Shown: piece by piece, positions 1 to 16,962 of the stretch | How positions within the stretch are numbered: position 1 is the stretch's first letter | Layout: each line of letters starts with the position of its first letter | From: Chrysomallon squamiferum | Lineage: Eukaryota > Animalia > Mollusca | Reading direction: 5' to 3' | Assembly (NCBI GenBank): GCA_012295275.1 | Contig: CM022667.1 | Span: forward strand, 17,360,001-17,424,000 | Length of the DNA stretch: 64,000 nt | The notes under the pieces: generated by a model | What the model saw: the letters and a program-made list of their open reading frames with translations, nothing else | Told to the model about the DNA's origin: nothing | Database searches by the model: none | Program-made: the position numbers and the translations under genes

Positions 1-403
1 CACATCTGATTCGGTTTCCAGTGCAGCTCCTGGGAACAGCTCCTGGGAACAGCACTTGGCCTGTGGGTACTCCGCGGCGGGTCTGTCGCAGTGGATTTAA
101 AACAACACGCCTATCGCCTTGCCCCCGTCCCTCTTCGGCTGATAACGAGCGAGTCACTTGTCACGTCGTGAAGTCGAGAACAAGTGCTGATCCGAGAAAT
201 ATTCCAGGAATATTCCCGTCACGCTTCCACAGATCAGCGGCCTCGTAAGTAATGGGTCGCGTTTCCGTGTGATGTTTATTTTCTTTATGGAAGTCACGTA
301 CAATTAGAATATATATTTTTATTTCTAAGACCAATCTTCAGTGTGCTTGTCTCTGTGAGTCGGTGGGTAAAACATTGTAAATTTATACCTTTTAATATAC
401 ATT

Positions 404-439
<36 letters not shown>

Positions 440-624
440 AATAAAATAGAATTAATATTTAATAAATAGCTCAGCAAATGGTGTTAAAAAGAATTAAAAA
501 ACGAGAACAAATCTAGAACATCCTACATCATTTCTTTAAACAGTAGGCTGCATATTTGTGTATAAATACTTTCAGTTATACATAACTAGAGGAGTAAATT
601 AAAAAAAAAAAAAATAGCACACTC

Positions 625-658
<34 letters not shown>

Positions 659-1202
659 AGAAACATACAAAAAGCAACAAATATACACTTCAAGACAGAG
701 AAAAAGAAATAACTCCTTATAAAGACATATGTTAATATTAACAATTATTTTCTTTATTGCCACACAAGTATATATAATAAGCTAGAAAAACAAAATATAA
801 TCAAACAAATTATTAATTATTTACAAATGCATGACTTATAGCACACTTACTCCCATGTCTCGTGGTATTTTTTTATACTTCGACCACCCATTTTGACACA
901 CCTCTTCCATGCACAGGGAGGTCTCGAGTTATTGGACGATCAAGTCAGAAATTCAAGTATAGTTTATATAAAAACATCCGTTCCTTTATCTCACATAAGA
1001 AACGGGAGGGTTTTTAATGGCAGCTGTTAAATCTTGTAAAAGAACAGTTTATTTGGACAGTTCATTTTTCTAGTTTTAATAGACGCATTCATCAATGAAA
1101 CATTTATAGTAAGTACAGATAAACGAAAAAACGAAATCTTTTCTAATAAATTGTTTTAATTTTAAAAATATTTTCTTAATTATTTTTAATTTTGTTATTG
1201 TT

Positions 1203-1234
<32 letters not shown>

Positions 1235-1390
1235 TTCTACACGCTGCAATGTGACTGACTTTAATCAGAGGTTTCGCCTTACTTCTATTATTTTACTTTA
1301 TTTATTTGTTTGTTTGTGTTATTCATTTATTCATTCATTCGTTATCACTATTATCATTATTATTACGTCTACTACTATTATTACTATTAC

Positions 1391-1433
<43 letters not shown>

Positions 1434-3275
1434 TATTTAGTTATTTAGTTATTTAGTTATTAAAAAAAATATCTTTTTTTTTCTTCTTTTTTTGCAATTA
1501 GCATTTATATTTGTATTAAGTATTAATTTATTATCAACAAATAAAAAGTGTATTTAACTGTACTAATATATTTTCATATACACATCGCTTCCAGTATTAA
1601 TTTTATAGAGATGAATAAGTTTAATTTTAAAAATTATAATAAAATAAACTAAGATATATATATAAAACTAATACATATATATAATACATTTTTTAAATTA
1701 TTTACTTATATATATATATATGTTACTGGAACTAGTAACATGTTTCTACTACCTCAAGAACCTGTCATACGTAACATAATTCTGAAATACTTTGTTTCGT
1801 TCTTTTAATTGATTATCTAACAATGCCAATGAATTTTAAAATGCGTTAGAATCACTAACATTACTGAGTAAATATTTTAACCTTAAATTAACAGAGAAAT
1901 AATATTTTTTACTTTATATGTACGTCTTCTTGTCTCTATAGGATAACAAAATTTGAAATGAAAAATGAAATTATAGATAATATATGAACTGTAACGTTTT
2001 TTGACTTATTATTTATCTATCATTCTACTTATCTCTTCGTTAGCATGTTTCACTGGACTTTTTTTTTTTTAGCATTATATATATTAGTGTTTTATTTATT
2101 TTTCTTTATCTTTTATTTATTCATACATATGCGTATAAATTTTAGTGAGCTAAATTATTTTTTTATTTTTTTTTTAATTTTTTTTTGATACTGTATGTTT
2201 GTTATGCGTTTTTCTGTTTTATATATTTATTTATTTATTTATTTATTTTTTTTTATTTATTTTTTATTTATTTAAATTGTTAGTTTATTTGTTTGTTGTT
2301 GTTTGGCTGGATTTCTACCTAACCTATCACTCTAACTTTCTACCTGTCTGACTGTCTGTCTGTCTGTCTGTCTTCAGATTCTTTGTCTGTATGTTATTAT
2401 ATAATGGAAATAAAAGATAATTTAAACTAACGAGAACCAAAGATTACGCAATTTCTAACCAAGACAATATCCATGGTGTTTCTAAATCACTCGAGATGAA
2501 GAGTAACACAACACTCTTGAATTAAAAAAAAAAAATAAAAAAATAAATTCGAAACGTTTTTCTAGATAAAAAGTTTTTTATAAACACTATGAACTTTTGA
2601 CATTTTTATGCAAGAAAAAGTTTTCTATCTACCTCGGTTATCCACACCGTAAATGAGAAAGTAGAAGTGGAATTCCTTAATTGATGGTAATCGAGACTAC
2701 CGCTGGATTGGTATAAACAATGTCAGAACTTTATTTCACCTCGAGTGTTCAGACATGCAAAACGAATATAATTAAAGTCACAGATCGAGACTAAAGAACC
2801 TATTTCTGTTCACTTTTCGTGGTCTGGCTATTTTCATTTCTTCATGACACGCTGGTTTATAAACTAAAATGGCCTCCATGTCCTTTCTCTCTTGATTTTT
2901 CTTCTTCTTCTTTTTTTATTTTTTTTTTTTCTTCCTCCTCTTCTTATTTTTTTAACTAGATCTTTTTCTTTCATTTATTTTTTAAGTTTTTTTTTATTAT
3001 TATTATTAATTTTTTTTTTTTTATTATTATTTTTTATTTTATTTATTTATTTTTTTATTTATTTATTTATATATATATATTTTTTTTTTTTTTTTTTTTA
3101 ATTGATGTCATTCTTCTTTTCTCTCAATTTCAAATTTTTTGAGTTTGTGAGATTCATGAAAGCTTTTTCGGCACTTTAAAAAAATAAATAAAAGGAATAT
3201 TCAGTTCCCAACATTAAGTCCTGTTATAACATCCTCCGCGTTTGTCCATCAAGATAATGTCTGTAGTTTAGTCGA

Positions 3276-3737
3276 GGTACGGAAAAAATTGCACTGTGCA
3301 GATTTGGAAAAAATGGAACCTTATTTTTTTTTTTTTATATTGTTGCTTTAAAAAAAACCTTAAATGTACTTTTGAAAATATTGTTTATTCATGCAATATT
3401 GTTACATAGATGTATATTAACTCAGCCATTTGGTTGTGCTTAACAAAGTACAGTACTATATCAGTTCAATATTACACATATGCGGGGTACGGAAAAATGA
3501 CACCAGAAAAAAATAGCACTCGGAAAAAATAGCACCTTATTTATTTTTTTGTATAGTTACTTTAAAAAAACCTCTTAAAAGTACTTTTAATAATATTGTT
3601 TATTTATGTAGTATTGTTACATATGTGTATATTAATATATAGCATCACCCAGACACTTGCTTCACAAAGTACAGTATTATACACATATATGCACATACAT
3701 ATACACACACACATATAAATACATATACATATACAAC

Positions 3738-3777
<40 letters not shown>

Positions 3778-4056
3778 CATACATACATACATACATATAA
3801 TGTATACTTACACGAGTAGATGCACTAGTACGTTCATACATACAGACACATTCATACAGACGTACCTAATTTAAATAAGCATACCACAGTTAAAACATCC
3901 TCCAAAGTGATATCATTCTGTCAGTTCAAACATAGCATAAGATATATATATGTGTGTGTGTGTATGTGTATATATATATATATTTATATATATATATGTG
4001 TGTGTGTATATGTGTGTATGTATATATGTTTTCCGGTGCCATTTTTTCCTACAACC
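3276..4056. mobile_element. Possible MITE-like element with duplicated left arm
   Basis: GGTACGGAAAAA..CAC occurs at 3276 and 3486 (210-bp period, diverged duplicate). An inverted counterpart TTTTCCGGTGCCATTTTTTCCTACAACC lies at 4029-4056. Confidence 0.4.
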
Positions 4057-4579
4057 ACATATACACACTCACACACACACATATGTATATATGTGCAGGT
4101 ACCTGACCAGTTACCCGCAGTCCTTGGGATCTGGGGATTTCTGGATTTTCCGGTTTCCTGGTACTAAGGCATCTAAATACGTAAATAAGTAGTCATAAAT
4201 ATTTTAAAATTAAAAACATAAAGAAAACTGACGATACACAACTGTGACGACTCGACACGTAAACAATGCGGCGAGTGAATGAACGCCACGCGGCTTGAAA
4301 GAGTAGTTCCAGTCTGGCGAGGACAACACCCACGCGCGTGAACTATGAAAATAGCGTCAGGAAAAAAATTCCATATATATATATGTATGTGTGCACGCGT
4401 AGATAGATGCACGAGTGCTTTTATACATGCAGACATGTTCATACAGATGGACCTAATGTTAATACGCATACCTTAGTTAACATATCCTCCAGAATGATAT
4501 CATTCTGTCAATTCAAACATTCAGTCGATTCAAACATAGCATAATGTATGTATAAATTCCATATTGTATATATAACAGT

Positions 4580-4800
4580 GTCTATACTAAAGTCTCACTG
4601 AGAAGACATTGTCTATACTAAAGTCTGACTAAGAAGACGATGTCTGTTCTAAAGTCTGACTATGAATAGAATGTATGTTCTAAAATCTGACTATGAAGTC
4701 AATGTTTCTACTAAAGTCTGACTATGAAGAAAATATCTGTACTAAAGTTTCACTATGAAGTCAATGTCTATACTGAAATCTGACTATGAAGTCTATACTA
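4580..4800. repeat. 31-bp diverged minisatellite, about 7 copies
   Basis: Unit approximately GTCTATACTAAAGTCTGACTATGAAGACAAT, with copies starting at 4580, 4611 and onward. Confidence 0.85.
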
Positions 4801-5163
4801 TAATCTGCTACATTTAGATATCACTAATCAGACTGTTCCAACTTATATACAGTTCAAATGCTACCATCAGACTTATAGTGCATATTGAACCAAACTGTTT
4901 TATATTCATAAGTGCTGCCAACGCGAATTTAATAAGCAGCCAAACAAAACAAAGAGAATATCAGAAATCAAGGGAAGCCAGTCAGAGTCTAGAAAATAGT
5001 TTAATAGTCTTAGAGTTACGGCCCTTGTAGGTAAAATTAATAGTCACTTGAAAAACGCTATTAATATTTCGTGTTTGTGTGTGTGTCTGTCTGTCTGTCT
5101 TTCTGTCTGTCTGAGTGCGTCTATTTAATATACACACACTTTCTAGTATTAAATGATCAAATC

Positions 5164-6586
<1,423 letters not shown>

Positions 6587-7565
6587 GAAATAATCAAAGC
6601 GAGGTTGACAGATATACAGAAAAAGAAAATATATAATTTATACAGACAGACAGAAGAGATCGACAGGCAGGCAGACAGAGAGAGGCGGTGAGAGACGTAG
6701 ATACTTATTATGTTACAGGATTCAGACAGAAGTCATCACGTTTAATTTGACCCTTGCAAGCACGTCTCATTAAGCCCTGGATAAAAGTGTCCTCGGTTCT
6801 GATCAATCAGCTTACGAACCTGGCATAAGCTATATTTTGTGAGCAGCGAAACCAGGAACGTAGACAGACTGCCTAAGAAAGTATTAATAATATCGCGTAT
6901 CGTGAGCTTATACTTCCCAGATAGATCTTATTGCAGATCCTAAGGGAGAAAACAACAAACAAACAAAAAGAAAAAACATAATTAGTAGGCTATAAAGTTC
7001 AAAGGCTTGACACGATCATGAAATTTCAATTACTATAAACTTTTTAATAACCGTATCTACAAAACTTCCGCTTTCATTTCATTATAATTTCGCAAGACAT
7101 GGTTCATTAATATATATATATATATTTTTATTTTATTTGGTTTTTCAAATCGCCAAATATTTACTTTTTTTTTTTTTTTTTTTTCGCTGTAATTATTAGT
7201 AAACATAAGGAAAACGTGAGATTGAACATGAAAAGTGAAGGAACACTGGTACTGAGTTTCAAACTGAAATCAGTTGATGGATGAGTCGGACGCGGCTATC
7301 CATCAACTGTAAAACGAGCTTTCATCTTTTGGCACACCTTGATGTTAGAACACAGTTAAGTGATTTTACTCCTCATGTCAAACTGTCCTCGATATATGTG
7401 AAGATCATTATGTAATTTTAATTGGACTATTTCATATAAGAAGAGTGTAACAGTTATTAAAAGAAACAGTAAATTATGTACGTATGTATTTTCTTGGAGA
7501 AAAAGCGACTACATTACATTATATACATATACATACATCACACACAAACACACACACATACATAA

Positions 7566-7606
<41 letters not shown>

Positions 7607-8464
7607 TACATACATACGTAATACATATCTACATACCTAGCTACCTACCTGCATACATACATGCACGCATTCTATTACGGTAAACATAATAATAATTAAA
7701 CACAAAATAAAAAATAAACTTAATATGTAAGGCGCAGTGAAATAATCATGAATAAGTAACAATTTAAAAATAAACAAATTTTAATTAATTAATTTCTAAA
7801 TTGATTATGATGATTGTTATAACTGAATGTTATTGTTCTTACCTACGTGGACAATGGATACATTTAAAACAGCATAATTTTTCTCAAAACCTTTAAAATA
7901 TATTCTGTGTATTTGGCAAAATTTAATTGTACAATACATTTAATATATTACTTATATGTCTTTTGCCATTAATATAAAACGAAAAGTCATTTTTGATAAT
8001 CATAACAACAGTACAAACAACAACAATAAAACAACAATTACAACAATAATATTAATAGTCTACGAGGATATGTTTATAGACGGAAGACAATCCTCTGACA
8101 TCAGCGAGGAATAAACTCTATTATGACGTCATTAATCTCGAACGTGGAATTGTATTTTGTGGAAGAATCTGACATTAATATTATTAGTGGCAAGCACAAT
8201 AGTAGCAATAGGCGGGAAAGGAGGAGAAGGGTGGAGGAGGGGGAGGGAGGGTGGAGGGATAGGAGTTAACACGAAAAGAAGGATGCCTGTGTAAAGCTGA
8301 GAACTTCTGTACTGGGTAGTCGGCCTACTCCCATCTGGTAGAATTCCCAGCTTGTCGAAAAGCTAAATATGGTTCAGTGGTCTTATTGACGTGCATGTTT
8401 TTACCTCAGTCATTATAATTAACTGTTCCAGATTATTTGGAAAGCGATTATTATTGTATAAATG

Positions 8465-9123
8465 CAGTAATATCTCGCTTAACGATATCCCGCTTTAACG
8501 ATCTTTTTTTTCTTTACAAATTATATAAACAGAAATTTAATATTTAGTTAATTGCTCGAAATAAATGATACAAATGGGTACAATGCATGTGTTTAAGTCC
8601 GTTTTCATTTGTTTTACGTTCAGTCACGCGCTTCACGACATACGTACATGTGATGTTCAGAATCTGTTGTCTCTTCTGTTTCCATTTAGACTTAACCCTT
8701 TTGCAATTTACACTTTCAATCTGTCAGAATGAAAAAAAGTAAACTGGCGAATGCTGATGATAAAAAGAAAGAACGGAAGAAATAACTTTACAAACAAAAT
8801 ACGATATCTTAAATGAACACAAAACCCACAAAAATGAACCCACGATGAGCGGCATATAATTATTTCTTAATGTATTTGTAAAAATTGATTTGTAAATGAT
8901 TTACTGTTTGTTTAATATCTATGATCTATTAAATCATTTGTGTCTAAATTGCCGTTTTATTTCTCCTTATTTAACATTTCTTTTTATGTCAAATTTCAAT
9001 CGCGAAGAACGTAGCCACTGTTTTTAATCTTAATTCTATGCAAATTACTCTCCCGCTTAACAATACCTCACTTAACGATCGGAAATTTGGAACGAATTAC
9101 ACCGTTAATCCGAGGTATTATTG
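8465..9123. mobile_element. Non-autonomous Tc1/mariner (pogo/Tigger-like) MITE
   Basis: The left end CAGTAATATCTCGCTTAACG matches the reverse complement of the right end, CAATAATACCTCGGATTAACG. The subterminal word CGCTTAAC(GAT) recurs near both ends. The flanks are TA on the right and TG on the left. No coding capacity. Confidence 0.65.
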
Positions 9124-9447
9124 TAGTATGGATATCGCTTATCGCATAAAGTATGCAAATATGAAAATATCGAAATAGTCCATGCACTGAATGTAGCTGA
9201 ATGTAAATAATTACAAAAGAAGGTATTCATCTTAAAAAAAAAGTCTGATGTTTCAGTAAGTTCAGTAATTGGTACAGTGTTATAAAATATTGTACAAACC
9301 TTGAAACTTCTCTGTGATGCGTGTTTAATGAAATGTGTTTTTAATCGACCATAAAATTTAGGATTTTTTTTTTCTAAACTCCCTTTTTTTTTTTTTTTTT
9401 TTTTTTTTCGGAAAGGAAATGTTGATGAATTAGAAAAGACCACATTA

Positions 9448-9493
<46 letters not shown>

Positions 9494-10075
9494 GTAATAA
9501 TGTTGATGATGATGATAATTATGATGATTATGATGATGATAATAATAATAGTAATTAGAAGAAGAAGAAGAAGATCGATCTCGCGACCTGCAACACCAAA
9601 TTTATAAATACTGGTAAATAAACAATTGTCCGTCTATAATCAAAGCACCGGTTAGTCGATGTATCTAGTCTCAGTATGACTCCAAGATCTCGTTGACTGC
9701 GTTGATAAGCAAAGATTTTTTCATCAAATTTTTTATAAGCTTCTCCTTGATTAATATTCAAAAATCGAAAGTGAAGTTGTTGAAAAATATGTATAGGACG
9801 TTATTAAACTAAGTTTCTTTAAAAACAACTTTTCAAATAGACCGACAGAAGGGAATTCTCTAAGGCCGCACTTCACTGACACTCTGTACTCTGGCGACCG
9901 CCCACCAAAGACTGCAGAGAAATGTCATGAAATGAGTTATTTGCATAGCGTGTATACCTAGGATTTTACGAAGATGGAAAAGGTGCAAAGCGAGAAATAA
10001 AGTAAAATTAGAATCTTTTCTCACTGTGATAACAGAGCAGGACAGCATTCCGATGGTGCTCACGTAAACGCACGA

Positions 10076-10910
<835 letters not shown>

Positions 10911-11844
10911 AAAAATAAAAAAATAAAAAAGAAGTCAACCTAACACTTATGCATACATACGAGATGTCAGAACTTGGTCTCTTTTTATACAAATAAGTTA
11001 ATTACTGAAATAAACATGTACAATTAGGCACGATATGATTTTTTTTTTCTCTGTGTGATTATGAGTATATATTATTTCTGAAAAATAATTATTTAGTTAT
11101 TTATTTATTTATATTATTATTATTATTTTATTTTTATTTTATTTTATTTTATTTTATTTTTATTTTTTGTTTAGTTATCTATTCACTCTTTTGTTTCTTT
11201 GCCCTTTTTATTATTTTGTCCTTTCGCATCATTTTACTCATTCATTACTTTATATACTATATTTTTTTGCGTCTATTTTGGTTATAATTTTAAAGTTATA
11301 TAACTCCGCAAAGTTTATTTATGTTATCCTCATTTTCATCTTATACGATTGACCTAAAGGTAAATATATAATTAAACAGATATAATATCTACGATGATAT
11401 ATATTTGACTATATTCAACGTAAGACAAATTACTTTATTATAAAACACTACAGGCAATAAGAAGTTATTTATCACATATTTTCTACGATGATTTCAGGTT
11501 TAGCTAAATCATCCACTGTACATAGCTCAATAAATCTTTTTTCAAAATTCAGTGTGAAAATTGTTTTTAGTTGCATGGAATTCATTTTAATCCTTTATTT
11601 TATGTATTTATTTATTTACTTACTTACTTACTTTATTTATTTATTTATTGATTGATTGATCTGTATGTATGTATGTTTGTATGTTTGTATGTATATGTAC
11701 GAATTTGCTTTATATGTCTCTTTGTATGTGAGCGTTGTTATACATGTGTGTCTGTCTGTCTGTCTGTCTGTCTTAATGTCTATCTATCAATCCCTATAAA
11801 TTTATTATACATACAGACATTTAAGCACACATGTGCATATATAA

Positions 11845-11881
<37 letters not shown>

Positions 11882-12414
11882 TAGATGGGTGTATGTGTGT
11901 GTTTGTTTATGTGCACCTGTATGTATAATAAAATTATATATATATATCGATATATAGACAGACAGAAAGATAGGTAAATAGACAGACCGACAGTCAGAAA
12001 GATTCAATACATCGACATAATTCCCAGTGACACGGCAGCACATCCCACTTTGTTAGATTAAACCCTACGAGACAGATGAGATGATGTACTGAAATGAGGA
12101 CAGTTCCTGTGGCCTGTCAAATATGCATGACAACCACTGTCCCACAAACAGACCGGTGGATGGTGTATGCTGATACTTCCTAGTTTATAATACGCACACA
12201 TGTATACCTGTTATCACGTTTGACACGTGCATCCGAACATTTCAAAGAGAACGTTTAGGATAATTAACATTTAAAAAAAAAAAAAAAAAAAGAGAAACAA
12301 GCCGCATCTAAATTTACTGAACATCGAATGAGCTAGTGGATGACACACTTCGCCACGGGTTATACGTCTGGGCGCTCCGCACACGTTCGAAATACGTAAC
12401 TTTCAAAGATTTCT

Positions 12415-12506
12415 CATTGTGCGTCTAACAGGGGCGTCAGACGGATGTGACTTCCTCTTTAGTGCTGGCGTTTTTAGTGGTGGTGTAGGGACAATATTTA
12501 ATAAAT
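12415..12506 (+). other. Putative non-coding leader exon of TyrA1 (5' end approximate)
   Basis: Aligns by eye with 19873-19971 (CAGGGGCGT..TGACTTC..GTGGTGTAGGGAC..TAAAT|GTAAGT) and ends in a consensus donor at 12507. The TyrA1 ATG sits immediately after a splice acceptor, so an upstream exon is required. Confidence 0.65.
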
Positions 12507-14915
12507 GTAAGTAATTTGCATATGTTAAATTTCAGTACAATGGCAAGAGTCATTACATGAAATAATAAACATTGTCGATCTTTAAAAGCTAACCAGAATT
12601 AAAATAAGGAAGTAAGTTTTAAAAAGTAATAATAATAATTTATAATTTAATTTAAGTATAAAAATAATAATTAAATTAGATAATATGATGATTTTTTTCA
12701 ATAATTTTCAAATATAATATAAAAGTTACACTACGCTAAAAGAAAAGACCAGTTTTTCACAAATTATTTTTAAAAATCTGGAATTATGTCAAATATGTTT
12801 CTGATAAATGCTTTGAAAAAAAAACCAGGTAGTTTTTAATTTTATTTTTGTAATCTATATATTTTTTATTTTATTGATTTTAGTGTCAGAGCAGTTATGA
12901 TTAACATCTACTGTTCTGTGTTTGATTTTTATTTTTATTTATTTATTATTATTTTATTTTTTATTTTTATTGCATTTTCCAGTTATTCTGCGTTTGCTGC
13001 TGAAGTTTCGTTTTTCCTTTTCTTTGCATCCTCCTGCTTCTGACTCTTCTTTTTCTTCTTCTTCCTCGTCTTCTTCTTCTTCTTCTTCTTCTTCTTCTTC
13101 TTCTTCTTCTTCTTCTTCTTCTTCTTTTTCTTCTTCTTTCTTCTTCTTCGTCTATTACTATTATTATCATCATCAAAATATAAATAGGGTTAATAGGTAG
13201 TTTGTTTTATCCTATATGCTGTATATAGTGAACAAACATTACCTCGTTAAGCTTGCTACAAAAATAGATTATTATATTTAATATTCCTTCCATACATTTT
13301 GTATAATGTTTGTGAGGGATGGGGATGGGGGTGTGTGTAGTGTCTGTGTGTGTGTCTATGTGTGTGTGTGTCTGTGTGTGTGTGTAGTGTCTGTGTGTGT
13401 GTGTGTCTGTGTTGGTATGTTTGTATATGTGAGGGGTGTTTCTAGATATGTGTTTTAGTTTTTCATCTGGAGTGTCAGAACTCAAAATTTAAGATGTCGT
13501 ATTATGGACTAGCTGTAAAAGGAAAATATTGCTGGATTGGATAAGACAGAATAACGGGACGCTGGTTTTCAAACTCTTTGAGCTGTCACCTTTGAATACA
13601 CACTTCAAAAGAATACAGCTTGAACCATTCTTCGATTACCATCAGAATTTTCAATTTATTGCTTTTGTTTTAAGAAACGCAATTTAACTGACAGCACGGA
13701 TACACGGAGAGAGTAAAAGAGGGAATATATAATTTTTTTTTTACTTCCTAATTCTCAGCATCGCACATTGGAATGTGGATAAAAAAGAAACAATGAAACT
13801 GTGTTTCTTGATTTCTATGAGATTAATTCCAAAATGATTAGAAATGATGTTATGGATGAATTATTAGAAACGATAGAAGATATCTCTGACATGCACAACC
13901 TGCTATTATATCAGCTGCAGTGGACACTAAAGGTTTCAGATGAGACTATTAAGGAATCTGGTTAGACTATCCCGAGCCGCCCAGTGTTTTTACAGTTTTA
14001 AAGTTATTTGCTTGTTCGCTGTGACTAATTTGGGTTCCATTCCATTCTTCTTCTTCTGTAGAATAATTATTACAGTTTTGGCCATTGTGATCGTTATGTT
14101 ATTTAACGAGAAATTAGGACAATAAAATAAAATTTCAAGTGGCCGAATGGATTACATTCAGATAGGTCACTGAACAAATATCCGACACGATTATGATAAA
14201 ATTATGTACTTGTTTATCATAAATTTTGGTTTCTGTAATTTACTGTATAAATTTAGTATTTAGTTTTCTAAGGAAAGTTAAAGCTGTTGCAGATGTTAAT
14301 GTGTCAAGACTGTATAATTATGACATTCTTTGCCAAAACTATCATTGTACAGACATATACTTCCATCATCTGTCTAGACCGTGGTCATAGTTCTCAAATG
14401 TCTTTGACAAAAGTTTCATTGTTATTCATTTTACGTTTACCTGTCTGGTTATGACACCATGACCATTTCATTAACTATGTGGCTGTTTGTAACTAAGTCA
14501 CAACTCCTGCTTCTTGAAATGAAATATGAATGTCACTATGGCATGCATGTAGAAAATGTATTATTTTCACTATATTTCAGACACTGTTTAATTAATACCT
14601 TAGAAATAGAAACAGGAATTATAAACATTGAATTAAAATTAATACGTTTGTACAATATAGAAATTAAATGTATATATATATATATATATCTGTAAAATTT
14701 CATATGACACTTTTTACTAAATTATTAAAGTATTTTCTTGATGAATTAGAATGTCATCTGATGTTAAATATGAAGATTTCCTTCCTAAACCGAAATATGA
14801 TTCTGTATATCTATTTTAATAGCATTATCCTAAAGTTTCATGGTGAAGATCCGGGAAAAGAAATTTTTTTCATATATAAATACTTATTTGTTGCTTATTT
14901 TCTCTTTCTTCACAG

Positions 14916-16962
<2,047 letters not shown>

